From NCBI GenBank assembly GCA_031409335.1, contig JANNWY010000212.1:1-64000 (forward strand): 64,000 bases of DNA, given 5' to 3'. The translations under genes were made by a program, and so were the position numbers. The stretch comes from Chthoniobacteraceae bacterium. GTDB lineage: Bacteria; Verrucomicrobiota; Verrucomicrobiia; Chthoniobacterales; Chthoniobacteraceae. The notes under the pieces were generated by a model. It was not told where the DNA came from. It searched no databases and saw only the letters and a program-made list of their open reading frames with translations. Shown one piece after another: positions 1 to 9,107 of this stretch. The number at the start of each line of letters is the position of its first letter. Within the stretch, counting starts at the first letter, position 1.

Positions 1-1
1 T

Positions 2-1309
2 TCACTGCCTGGATATCGGACGCCAATGGAAGGCAGCCCGTCGGAATCGTTGCCCGCCCGAATGCTTCTAATGTTTCGGGCGTTGGGCGACTATAGCAGC
101 CTTATTTTCTACCCATCAAAGCTCATGATGGATCGGACTCTTACCAGTCCAGCGATGTATGTGAATCCGGCGTCGTGGTATTCCATGGCTCGCTATGAAT
201 ATCTCTCGATCATCGGCCTTGCTGCGGTCGCGATGGGTGCGGTGCTTTGTGTCAATACAGCGTCCGGTCATCGGCTCCGTCGGTTTGGAGCGGTTTGGTT
301 CCTCGTCGCGTTCCTCCCAATCTCCAATCTATTTCCGCTGAATGCGCAGGTCGCGGAACATTGGATCTATCTGGCTAGTATTGGCTACCTCGCGTTCCTT
401 GCGGGCTGCGTGCTTTTACTCGCGCCGCGCTGGCAAACGATCGCGGCATATGCCTCGGTTTTTGCGGTGGTCGCATTTGGTGTGCGCACGGGTGTTCGCG
501 CCGGTGACTGGAGCGACCCGGTGACTTTCTATCAGCGGACGATTGAGGACGGTGGCGGGACTCCGCGGATCTTTGGGAATCTCGCGGCGACTTACGGAAA
601 GCGGGGCGACTTTGCAAAGCAGGAGGATATTCTGCGCCGCACGCTGGCGATGTTTCCGACTTATGCGCCCGCGCGGATCAACCTTGGCGTTTGCCTCGTA
701 AATCAAGGACGCGCCACCGAGGCGGAGCAGTATCTCGATATTGCCAAACCCGCCGCGGAAGAAGCTTCGCGGCGGTTTCCGCGGACGTGGTCCGCTGCGC
801 TAAATCTCGCAGGTGTCCGCTCGAAGGCAGGGCAAACGAGTGAGGCGCTCGAGATTCTTGCGGAGGCGCGCCGACGGTCGCCGGATACGTGGGATCTCGC
901 GAAATACGAGGCCAGCTTGATCGAGCGTGAACACGGAGCGAAGGCTGCGATTGTGGGAATTGAAAACTACGCCGCGACGCATTGGTGGCATCAAGACGCA
1001 TGGCTTACGCTCGGTCAGCTTCGTGGTGCGGCGGGTGATTTTCAGGGGGCCGTGGATGCGATGCGGCAGGCGGGACGACTCGATGTTCGCGATCCGCGAC
1101 CGTTTGCGAATATCGCGCGGCTCGAACTTTCGCGGAACCAACCCGACGCCGCATGTGACGCCCAGCGGATGGCGATACGGCGCGATCCGAATCAACCGAG
1201 CCGTTACCTCTTCCTCGCAGCGATTCTCGATCAACTCGGGCGCAAGGACGAAGCCACTGCGGCGATGAGACATGCCGCCGATTTGCGCATAGCGGCTCGG
1301 GACCCATAG
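2..1309 (+). CDS. Membrane protein with C-terminal TPR repeats (TMTC-like), 5' end outside the window
   Basis: Frame is open from the window edge. TM segments with 'FLPISNLFPLNAQVAEHWIYLASIG' are followed by several TPR-like repeats. Confidence 0.75.
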   Translation, partial: SLPGYRTPMEGSPSESLPARMLLMFRALGDYSSLIFYPSKLMMDRTLTSPAMYVNPASWYSMARYEYLSIIGLAAVAMGAVLCVNTASGHRLRRFGAVWFLVAFLPISNLFPLNAQVAEHWIYLASIGYLAFLAGCVLLLAPRWQTIAAYASVFAVVAFGVRTGVRAGDWSDPVTFYQRTIEDGGGTPRIFGNLAATYGKRGDFAKQEDILRRTLAMFPTYAPARINLGVCLVNQGRATEAEQYLDIAKPAAEEASRRFPRTWSAALNLAGVRSKAGQTSEALEILAEARRRSPDTWDLAKYEASLIEREHGAKAAIVGIENYAATHWWHQDAWLTLGQLRGAAGDFQGAVDAMRQAGRLDVRDPRPFANIARLELSRNQPDAACDAQRMAIRRDPNQPSRYLFLAAILDQLGRKDEATAAMRHAADLRIAARDP

Positions 1310-1543
1310 CAGGTCAGGGGGCGCTGAAGTGTGCTAAGGAAGGTTGGGCTTTGGGTGGTTATGTGGATGACATGACGCGAGAAAAGCTGATCCAATAGGC
1401 CCGAAGAATCACTCACCCTTTCACAACATCCTGCCCCTCGCCGTCGTGCTGTTGCTCGTGATCTGCGGCTTTGAAATCAGGTCGCTTCTTCCCTCGTAGT
1501 CGCATCTACCGTAAGCCAGTGTGCTCACGACACCGGATGCGCT

Positions 1544-2302
1544 TCACACTCGTTCCAAAGGAAAGATCGTTACGTCCACGCCGCGGGACATGACGATGTG
1601 ATCCGGCGGGCGGCCAGTGGGTGCGAAGCCGTTGAGCTTGAGTAAGTGTTCGTTCCACGCCGTCCCCTCCGCGCGACAGAGGGGATATGGGTGGTGGAAA
1701 ACTGCTCCGCGCCGGAGCCCGTCGGGAGCGCTGGAATAGAGCCGGTAACGCTCGATGAGGAAAAACTCCAGCGAGCCGGGTAAGGGCTGGGGCAACTCCG
1801 TGCCAGGCGCGTATTCGAAGATGCAAGTCGGGCCGCCGAGGCGCGTGGATTGATAGTGAATGCCGCCGTTCTCGGTGCGGCGCGAGGTCATCTTCGCGTG
1901 TTCGTAGGGCAGATGGAAAAGGTGCCGGGCGATCTTCACGGCCAGCCATTGATTGGCATCAAGCGAGTAGAACCACACGCCCGGCACGCCCGCGCAGTCA
2001 TGCACGTAGGTGCGCAGATTCAGCTCCATGAAATCCGAGATGCCTGGCACGGCGGGTAGGAAGCGGGGGCGAATGTTGCGCATGAAAAATGGCACGACGC
2101 CGAGATAAGCTTGGCCGCCGAAGGTATCGACGAACAGCCCCTCGGGTAGCGTCGCCTGAATCGCCGGCGCCGAATATTCCCAGTGCAGGAAAAGGAGGTC
2201 GCGCCATTGCTGATACATCACCGCATTCCCAGTCGGTCGCACCCGCGTCGCGAGACGTTGCTGCTCGTTGGGAAGGTGGGGAGTTGCTTCAGCGGCGGTC
2301 AT
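1544..2302 (-). CDS. YqjF / DUF2071 family protein
   Basis: Motifs MYQQWRDLLFLHW, ELNLRTYV, GVWFYSLDA, FLIERY. Confidence 0.9.
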   Translation of the reverse strand: MTAAEATPHLPNEQQRLATRVRPTGNAVMYQQWRDLLFLHWEYSAPAIQATLPEGLFVDTFGGQAYLGVVPFFMRNIRPRFLPAVPGISDFMELNLRTYVHDCAGVPGVWFYSLDANQWLAVKIARHLFHLPYEHAKMTSRRTENGGIHYQSTRLGGPTCIFEYAPGTELPQPLPGSLEFFLIERYRLYSSAPDGLRRGAVFHHPYPLCRAEGTAWNEHLLKLNGFAPTGRPPDHIVMSRGVDVTIFPLERV

Positions 2303-2346
2303 ATTGGTGCGCCCTCCGTTACGCCCGACGCGAATAGAATGGAAAC

Positions 2347-3357
2347 ATGAAGACCTTAATGCAGCCCTCGGCGCAAAACGTGGACGTGCTGATCGTCGGT
2401 GCCGGATTGGCCGGTTTGACGGCGGCGACGGAGTTGCAACGGGCGGGCCTTACGGTGCTCGTGCTCGACAAAGGCCGGGCCGTGGGCGGGCGCATGGCGA
2501 GTCGGCGGATTGGCGGGGCGACCTTCGATCATGGCGCGCAATTCATCACCGCGCGCAGTTCGCGTTTTACCGCGCAGGTCGAGCGTTGGCGGCAAGCGGG
2601 CGTGGTCGAGGAGTGGTGTCGCGGGTTTGCGGATCGCGCGGACCGGTACGCGCGCTGGCGTGGAAAACCGAGCATGACTTCCGTGGCAAAACACCTGGCG
2701 CACGGGCTCACGGTGAGTCTGGAAAGGCAGATCGTGCGGTTTTGCCGCGCGGGGGATCGTTGGACTGCGGAAACGAATTCCCAGGAGGCTGTCTCCGCCG
2801 CAGCCGTGGTGCTGACGCCGCCCGTGCCGCAGTCGCTCGCGCTGTTGGACGCGGGTGAAATCGTTTTCGCGCCGGAGATGCGGGCGCGCCTCGCCGCCAT
2901 CGAATACGAACGCTGCCTCGCCGTCATGGCCGTGCTTGAAGGTCCGTCGCGCCTGCCGCCTCCCGGCGGTCTCGCGCCTGCCGATGGACCGATCGCATGG
3001 ATCGCGGACAATCAGTTGAAAGGAATCTCCGTGGAGCCATCTGTGACCATCCACGCCACACACGCTTTTAGTCTGGAGCATTGGGATCGCGACCGGCAGG
3101 AGAGCGGCCACGCATTGCTCGAGGCAGCCGCGCCGTGGCTCGGCGCGGGAATCAAGACGTTTCAACTCCACGGCTGGCGCTACAGCAAACCGATGAGAGT
3201 CGATGAAGAGCCCTGCTTGCTCGTGAGCCAGTCGCCACCGCTCGTGCTCGCCGGCGATGCCTTTGCGGGGCCGCGCGTGGAGGGCGCGGCGCTTTCCGGC
3301 TGGGCTGCTGCCGAGGCTCTCCTCGAAAACCCGTTGTGCAGTCGATCCACAGCCTGA
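2347..3357 (+). CDS. Renalase-like FAD/NAD(P)-dependent oxidoreductase
   Basis: GAGLAG dinucleotide motif, DKGRAVGGRMASRR, FDHGAQF, WRYS, C-terminal AGD...VEGAALSG. Confidence 0.9.
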   Translation: MKTLMQPSAQNVDVLIVGAGLAGLTAATELQRAGLTVLVLDKGRAVGGRMASRRIGGATFDHGAQFITARSSRFTAQVERWRQAGVVEEWCRGFADRADRYARWRGKPSMTSVAKHLAHGLTVSLERQIVRFCRAGDRWTAETNSQEAVSAAAVVLTPPVPQSLALLDAGEIVFAPEMRARLAAIEYERCLAVMAVLEGPSRLPPPGGLAPADGPIAWIADNQLKGISVEPSVTIHATHAFSLEHWDRDRQESGHALLEAAAPWLGAGIKTFQLHGWRYSKPMRVDEEPCLLVSQSPPLVLAGDAFAGPRVEGAALSGWAAAEALLENPLCSRSTA

Positions 3358-3438
3358 GCAAGGTATTGCTGTTAGTGTCCCGCATCTAAACCCCTTTCCC
3401 CACTCGTAGGTTAAGAAAGTCTAAAACAATCCTAAACT

Positions 3439-4248
3439 ATGAATCCACGTTCACGATCCCTAAGCTCGAAAATTGGTATCTTCGCTCTGCTCGGTCTGCT
3501 ACTGCCCAGCAAGGTATTCGCCGCTAGCGACGTAGCGCTCAAGGCTAACGACATTGTTGGAATCTCCTTCTGGACGATCTCGATGGCCCTTGTGGCGGCA
3601 ACTGCGTTTTTCTTTCTGGAAATCCAGCGTGTTGCGCCCAAGTGGAAAACTTCGCTGACTGTTTCCGGCCTGGTGACTTTGGTGGCCGCCACGCATTACT
3701 TCTACATGCGTGACGTGTGGGTGGCTACAGGTAGCACGCCCACTGTGTTTCGATACATTGACTGGTTGATCACGGTTCCCCTGCTGATGGTTGAGTTCTA
3801 CCTGATTCTCTCGGCGATCACCAAGGTCCCGGCCGGTGTGTTCTGGCGTTTGATCATCGGCACGTTCGTCATGTTGATCGGTGGTTATGTCGGCGAGGCG
3901 GGATACATGAACGTCTGGCTGGCTTTCATCATCGGGATGGCGGGCTGGGCATTTATTCTCTGGGAGATTTTCCTCGGGGAAGCGGGCAAGATCAATGCGA
4001 ACTTGGCACCGCCAGCCGTGCAGTCTGCTTTTAAGCTGATGCGCTGGATCGTCGTGGTGGGTTGGGCGATCTATCCGATCGGTTATTTCCTCGGCTACCT
4101 CACCGGGGCGAGCCCCGAAAACAGCATGGTTCTTTTAAATGTGACCTATAACTTCGCGGACGTGGTGAACAAGATTGCCTTCGGGGTGATCATCTGGACG
4201 GCTGCCGTGAGCGAAACCGACAAGCATCAGAGCCCTGCCAGAGCGTAA
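3439..4248 (+). CDS. Proteorhodopsin (DTE-type proton pump, predicted green-absorbing)
   Basis: Signal peptide plus 7 TM. Helix C RYIDWLITVPLLMVEF gives D97/T101/E108 and L105 equivalents; H75 equivalent in AATHYFYM; retinal Lys in ADVVNK. Confidence 0.97.
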   Translation: MNPRSRSLSSKIGIFALLGLLLPSKVFAASDVALKANDIVGISFWTISMALVAATAFFFLEIQRVAPKWKTSLTVSGLVTLVAATHYFYMRDVWVATGSTPTVFRYIDWLITVPLLMVEFYLILSAITKVPAGVFWRLIIGTFVMLIGGYVGEAGYMNVWLAFIIGMAGWAFILWEIFLGEAGKINANLAPPAVQSAFKLMRWIVVVGWAIYPIGYFLGYLTGASPENSMVLLNVTYNFADVVNKIAFGVIIWTAAVSETDKHQSPARA

Positions 4249-4261
4249 GGCAATTCGTGTG

Positions 4262-4298
4262 TCCGGGCGTTGCAAGCCAAGTTGCTTCAACGCCCGGA
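4262..4298 (+). terminator. Stem-loop directly after the rhodopsin gene (no U-tract)
   Basis: TCCGGGCGTTG...CAACGCCCGGA, 11-bp perfect arms. Confidence 0.6.
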
Positions 4299-4342
4299 TC
4301 GTGAGTAGCGATTGATGAGCGTATGTTTGCAAACCGGCAATC

Positions 4343-4526
4343 CCAGAAGCCCGAAGGGTTGAGACATCCCAGCCCGGGGCAACGCCTTGGGTTTCGGACG
4401 GCCCTGAAGGGGCGGGGCAATGGCTTTTCGCATGGGTTGTCGCGGCCTTTCAGGGCTTTGCCGTTTTCCGTTCGATCCCCAGGGCGTTGCCCTGGGCTGG
4501 GTTGTCTCGGCTCTTCGAGCCTCTGG
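4343..4526. repeat. REP-like nested palindrome, family A copy 1
   Basis: CAGCCCGGGGCAACGCC / GCCCTGAAGG..CCTTTCAGGGC / GGCGTTGCCCTGGGCTG; homologous to 10039-10213 and 33511-33687. Confidence 0.9.
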
Positions 4527-4597
4527 ATCGCGTTCGCAGACGCTCCCTGGCTTCCGCGGGCAGACGGCAGCCATTCACTACATCGCAATCTTTTCTT

Positions 4598-5503
4598 ATG
4601 AACACTTCATCCCTTCCGGCTCTTGGCTTACGGCCAGCAGCTTCAGAGGGTTTGCTTGATGAGCTGGAGGAAACGATGCGGTGCCTTGTTACCGGCGTAG
4701 AACGCGCGGAGGGGGAGTTGTTATCGGACTCCGTTCGAGCCGCCGTTGGTCACTTAGCCGCGGGTGGTCAAAGGGTCCGGGCGCGCCTGGCGCTTCGGGC
4801 GGGCGGCGGACTGGGTCTCTCGATAAGGGATTCCACCTCCATCGCCGCGACTGTCGAACTTTTGCACAATGCCTCGCTCGTGCATGACGACCTCCAAGAC
4901 CGCCAACGGATTCGGCGCGGCACCCAGACGGTGTGGGCTGCCTATGGCGACGAGGTGGCGATCTGCTCCGGCGATCTGCTCCTCTCCGCCGCTTACGGTG
5001 CGCTCGCGGCTTTCAGCGACGGTCGGCTTTTGCCCGAACTGATCGCGCTGGTCCATGCGCGCACGGCGATGGTGATCCGCGGGCAATGCACCGAACTCTC
5101 GGCGAGGGGACAGCAGATCACTGACATGGCGGTGTATGAAAAGATCGTCGTCGGGAAATCCGGCGCGCTTCTTAGTCTGCCGTTGGAGATGGCCTTGGCG
5201 GCGTCTGGCAAAAGGGAGTGGATGCGCGAGGCGCGGCGCGCGGCGGAGGCCTTTGGTATCAGCTACCAGATCGTGGACGACATGGAGGATGTCGAAGATG
5301 ACGCGGCGGGCGATGCCGGGCCGCGCGCGGTCAATGCGCTCTTGGTTTTGCGAGCCGCGGGCCACGGACTGAACGCCGAAGCGGTCGCGCGGAAGATCGG
5401 TCTGCGGCACCTTCGCACGGCGGTCGCTTCCGCGGACCGGCTCCCGAACGACGCGGGCGCATACCTGCGGGAACTCACGCTGGCATTGTGCCAGCGGCTC
5501 TAG
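4598..5503 (+). CDS. crtE: Geranylgeranyl diphosphate synthase
   Basis: LVHDDLQD...RRG and YQIVDDMED aspartate-rich motifs; first gene of the crt block. Start moved to ATG 4598, downstream of the repeat. Confidence 0.9.
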   Translation: MNTSSLPALGLRPAASEGLLDELEETMRCLVTGVERAEGELLSDSVRAAVGHLAAGGQRVRARLALRAGGGLGLSIRDSTSIAATVELLHNASLVHDDLQDRQRIRRGTQTVWAAYGDEVAICSGDLLLSAAYGALAAFSDGRLLPELIALVHARTAMVIRGQCTELSARGQQITDMAVYEKIVVGKSGALLSLPLEMALAASGKREWMREARRAAEAFGISYQIVDDMEDVEDDAAGDAGPRAVNALLVLRAAGHGLNAEAVARKIGLRHLRTAVASADRLPNDAGAYLRELTLALCQRL

Positions 5504-5522
5504 GTCGGCGGGACGCATCACG

Positions 5523-6998
5523 ATGCGTGCGCTCGTCATAGGGGCTGGATTTGGAGGAATCGCGGCTGCGCTGCGGCTGCGCGCGAAAGGCTATCAAGTC
5601 ACGCTGATGGACCGCTGCACGAATCTGGGCGGTCGCGCCCAAGTCTTTGCACGCGATGGCTTCCGTCACGACGCGGGCCCGACCGTCATCACTGCGCCTT
5701 TCCTGTTCGAGGAGCTGTTCGCGCTCTTTGGCGAGCGGTTTTCGGATCACGTGAAGCTCGTTCTCCTCAAGCCTTGGTATCGCTTTCACTTCGATGATGG
5801 CACTGACTTTGACTACGGCGGCAAGCTGGAGGAAACGCTCGCCGAGATCGCCCGGATCGAGCCGCGGGATTGCGCGGGTTACCGCGCCTTGCTGGCGCAC
5901 TCGAAGCGCATCTTCGAGGTCGGCTTCACCGAACTTTCCGCGCTACCCTTCGATCGCTTCATGACGATGGTGCGCCAGATCCCGCGACTGATCGGGCTGC
6001 GCAATTACGAAACTGTTTGGGGCATGGTGTCGCGTCACCTTTCCCATCCGAAACTTCGGCAAGCTTTCTCGATTCAGCCGCTCCTGGTCGGCGGCAATCC
6101 ATTCGACACCACCAGCATCTACGGCTTGATCCACTACCTTGAGCGGGAGCACGGCGTGCATTTCGCGATGGGCGGCACCGCCGCGATCACGCGCGCGCTC
6201 GGCGATTTGATGCAGCGGCACGGCGTCGAGATCGAGCTGGGGGTGACGATCGAGGCGATCGACGTGCAGGGTGGTGTCGCGAAGGGTGTCACGCTGGCTG
6301 ACGGTCGCGCGCGGACCGCGGATGTCATCGTTTCCAATGCCGACGCCGCGCATCTTTACCGGCACATGATTCCGCCGTCGGCCCAGGCCGCCTCGACCCG
6401 GATCAAGCTCGCCGCGGCTCATTATTCCATGGGACTTTTCGTCCTCTATTTTGGAACGCCGCGCACTTATCCCGAGGTGGCGCACCACACCATCTGGATG
6501 GGTCCCCGCTACCGCGAACTGCTCGACGACATCTTTCATCGCAAGGTCCTCGCAGAGGATTTTTCGCTCTACCTGCATCGCCCGACCGCCACCGATCCGA
6601 GCTTTGCTCCGCCCGGTTGCGACAGCTTCTACGTCCTTTGTCCGGTGCCGAATCTAAAGGCGAAAATCGATTGGAAAATCGAGGGTCCGCGGCTGCGGGA
6701 TCGCATCGTCGCGGCGCTGGATCGCACGATTTTGCCGGGCCTCGCCGCGAACATCACCGCTGATTTTTTCAAAACGCCGGAAGACTTTCGCAGCGATTAC
6801 CTGAGCGTCCATGGCGCGGGATTTTCCGTGGCGCCGTTGTTCCGGCAGTCGGCCTGGTTTCGCTTTCACAATCGGGCGGAGGGCATCGGGAATCTCTACC
6901 TCACCGGCGCGGGAACGCATCCCGGAGCCGGACTGCCCGGCGTGCTCTGCTCGGCGAAAGTCGTGGACGCGCTCATCCCCGCCGCGACGACCTCATGA
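5523..6998 (+). CDS. crtI: Phytoene desaturase
   Basis: GAGFGG, DAGPTVIT, LLVGGNPF, GAGTHPGAGLPGV. Confidence 0.97.
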   Translation: MRALVIGAGFGGIAAALRLRAKGYQVTLMDRCTNLGGRAQVFARDGFRHDAGPTVITAPFLFEELFALFGERFSDHVKLVLLKPWYRFHFDDGTDFDYGGKLEETLAEIARIEPRDCAGYRALLAHSKRIFEVGFTELSALPFDRFMTMVRQIPRLIGLRNYETVWGMVSRHLSHPKLRQAFSIQPLLVGGNPFDTTSIYGLIHYLEREHGVHFAMGGTAAITRALGDLMQRHGVEIELGVTIEAIDVQGGVAKGVTLADGRARTADVIVSNADAAHLYRHMIPPSAQAASTRIKLAAAHYSMGLFVLYFGTPRTYPEVAHHTIWMGPRYRELLDDIFHRKVLAEDFSLYLHRPTATDPSFAPPGCDSFYVLCPVPNLKAKIDWKIEGPRLRDRIVAALDRTILPGLAANITADFFKTPEDFRSDYLSVHGAGFSVAPLFRQSAWFRFHNRAEGIGNLYLTGAGTHPGAGLPGVLCSAKVVDALIPAATTS

Positions 6999-7939
6999 GC
7001 GCAGCGATCGATGCGCCCGAACCCCTCGCCGCCGCCAACGCGACGCTCGCTGCGAAGGGACGCAGCTTTCATTGGGCGCGGCGGCTGCTCGGAAAAACCC
7101 ACGCCGCGAGAGCGACGCGCCTTTACGGATTCTGCCGCCACCTCGACGATCTCGCCGACGAAGGGGCGTCGGCGCAGGACTCACGGGAAATGCTCGACGC
7201 GGCCAGCCGCGCGATCGTCACGGGAGCATCCGCCGACCCCGTGATTCGCGATGGCCTGAGCCTCATGGAAGAGTGCCGCATCCTCCCCGAGATCGCTCTG
7301 GAACTGATCGCGGGGGTGCGCTCCGATCTCGACCCGGTGCGGGTCGCAGATGAGGCCGCGCTCTTGCGCTACTGCTACCGTGTGGCCGGGACGGTGGGCG
7401 TGATGATGTGCGGAGTGCTGGATGTGCATCGCGCGGCGGCATATGCCCATGCGGTCGATCTCGGCATTGCCATGCAGCTCACAAATATCTGCCGCGACAT
7501 TGCCGAGGATGCCGCCGCGGGCCGCCGCTATCTGCCCGCTTCTTTGGTCGGCGAGCTGGCACCGGACGAGTTGATATTTCCCGCCGATGCGATGCAGCAC
7601 AGGCTTCGCGAATGCGTCGCGGCACTGCTGGAGCGGGCGGATCGGTATTACGCGAGCGGGGAGAGCGGGCTGTCCTATCTGCCGTTCCGCGCGCGCGGCG
7701 GCATCCTCGTCGCGGCCCGCGTCTATCGCGCAATCGGCACGCGGCTGCGGGCGCGGGACCATGCATTCTGGCAGGGCCGCGTCGTGGTGACCGATCGCGC
7801 GAAGGCGGCGCTCACCATCCACGCGCTGCTCTGCGCGCCGTTGCGGAGCGCATTTTGGCGGCAGCCATCCGGGCACGACGCCAGCCTGCACGCAGCGTTG
7901 CGCGGCTTGCCGGGCATTGAAGCGAGCCATGCAAACTGA
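6995..7939 (+). CDS. crtB: Phytoene synthase
   Basis: LYGFCRHLDDLAD, YCYRVAGTVG, LGIAMQLTNICRDIAED; ATGA-coupled to crtI. Confidence 0.97.
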   Translation: MSAAIDAPEPLAAANATLAAKGRSFHWARRLLGKTHAARATRLYGFCRHLDDLADEGASAQDSREMLDAASRAIVTGASADPVIRDGLSLMEECRILPEIALELIAGVRSDLDPVRVADEAALLRYCYRVAGTVGVMMCGVLDVHRAAAYAHAVDLGIAMQLTNICRDIAEDAAAGRRYLPASLVGELAPDELIFPADAMQHRLRECVAALLERADRYYASGESGLSYLPFRARGGILVAARVYRAIGTRLRARDHAFWQGRVVVTDRAKAALTIHALLCAPLRSAFWRQPSGHDASLHAALRGLPGIEASHAN

Positions 7940-9107
7940 GACCGACATCCTCATCCTGGGCGGTGGCTGCGCGGGGCTGAGTCTCGCGCTGCGACTCGCG
8001 GCGCACGGCGAAGACTGCCCACGCACTGCGGTCATCGAGAGCCGGTCGCACTACGTCAATGACCGGACCTGGTGCTTCTGGGACGATCGCTCGGCACACC
8101 TGCGCCATCTCGTGCAGCATCGCTGGCCGACGGTCTCGCTCGCGGACGCCGGACGCCGGGTCACCGTCGATTGCCACGAGATCCCCTATGCGATGATTCC
8201 GGCGGAAACGTTTTACGCTCATGCCACGGCTGCGCTTGCGGAAACTACGCGCGTCGGCCTTGCGATGAATGAGCCAATCGTCGCCGAGCCGCGCAAGGAA
8301 GGCGGGCTGTGGCGGGTCGAGACCCGCCATGGATCGCGGTGTGCGAAACGCCTCATCGACACGCGGCCCCAGCGTTCGCCGGAGCGCGGGGCCGCGGTGT
8401 TGTGGCAGTCCTTTTCCGGCCAGGAGATCGAGTGTGATGCGGCCCGCTTCGATCCCGGCATGGCCCACCTGATGGATTTTTCGCCGAGCCGGAATGGGCG
8501 CATCACCTTCCTCTACCTGCTCCCCACTTCGCCGCATCGCGCGCTCGTCGAGGCCACGGTCTTCGCACCCGACCCGCTCGGCCCGGAAGATCTCGCGGAG
8601 GAGCTCGCTGCCTTCATCCATCGACAGGTCGATGGATCGAATCACGTGGTGCTCCGTTCCGAGCACGGCGCGCTGCCCATGGGTCAGGCCGCACTCGCTC
8701 GCGGCGCGGATGTCTCCCATGTCCGGGCAGGCGTCGCGGCGGGCGGAGCACGACCCGCTTCGGGCTTCGCCTTTCAACGTATCCAACGCTGGGCGGATGC
8801 GTGTGCCGGGGCGCTGATCGCAGGCGAGCCGCCGCTCCCGCATCCGCCCGACCCATGGATCACCCGTGCGATGGATGCGCTTTTTCTCCGCGTCCTCCGC
8901 GCCCAGCCGGAGAGGGCGCCCGAGCTTTTCCTCGCGCTCTTCGCGCTTCGCGATCCGCGCCGCATCATTCGCTTCATGAGCGATCATGCGATGCTGGCCG
9001 ACTACGCCGCCATCGCGCTGGCGCTGCCGCCGTGGCTGTTTCTGCGGGAAATCCCCGGGCTGCTCCTGGACGGAGCCGGCGTGCGGGAAACAGGCGCGAC
9101 CCGATGA
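7929..9107 (+). CDS. crtY: Lycopene beta-cyclase
   Basis: GGGCAGLS, DRTWCFW, EHGALPM, GGARPASGFAF; operon position. Confidence 0.92.
   Translation: MQTETDILILGGGCAGLSLALRLAAHGEDCPRTAVIESRSHYVNDRTWCFWDDRSAHLRHLVQHRWPTVSLADAGRRVTVDCHEIPYAMIPAETFYAHATAALAETTRVGLAMNEPIVAEPRKEGGLWRVETRHGSRCAKRLIDTRPQRSPERGAAVLWQSFSGQEIECDAARFDPGMAHLMDFSPSRNGRITFLYLLPTSPHRALVEATVFAPDPLGPEDLAEELAAFIHRQVDGSNHVVLRSEHGALPMGQAALARGADVSHVRAGVAAGGARPASGFAFQRIQRWADACAGALIAGEPPLPHPPDPWITRAMDALFLRVLRAQPERAPELFLALFALRDPRRIIRFMSDHAMLADYAAIALALPPWLFLREIPGLLLDGAGVRETGATR

Noticed and set aside
1310..1540. Lower-GC intergenic stretch as ncRNA, tRNA or gene remnant
   Set aside because: No cloverleaf, riboswitch motif or convincing ORF recognised.
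4287..4659. Short ORFs with SPGQRPG / PERA / GRCPG peptides (also near 10.0-10.3 kb and 33.5-33.7 kb)
   Set aside because: Translations of the family-A palindrome.
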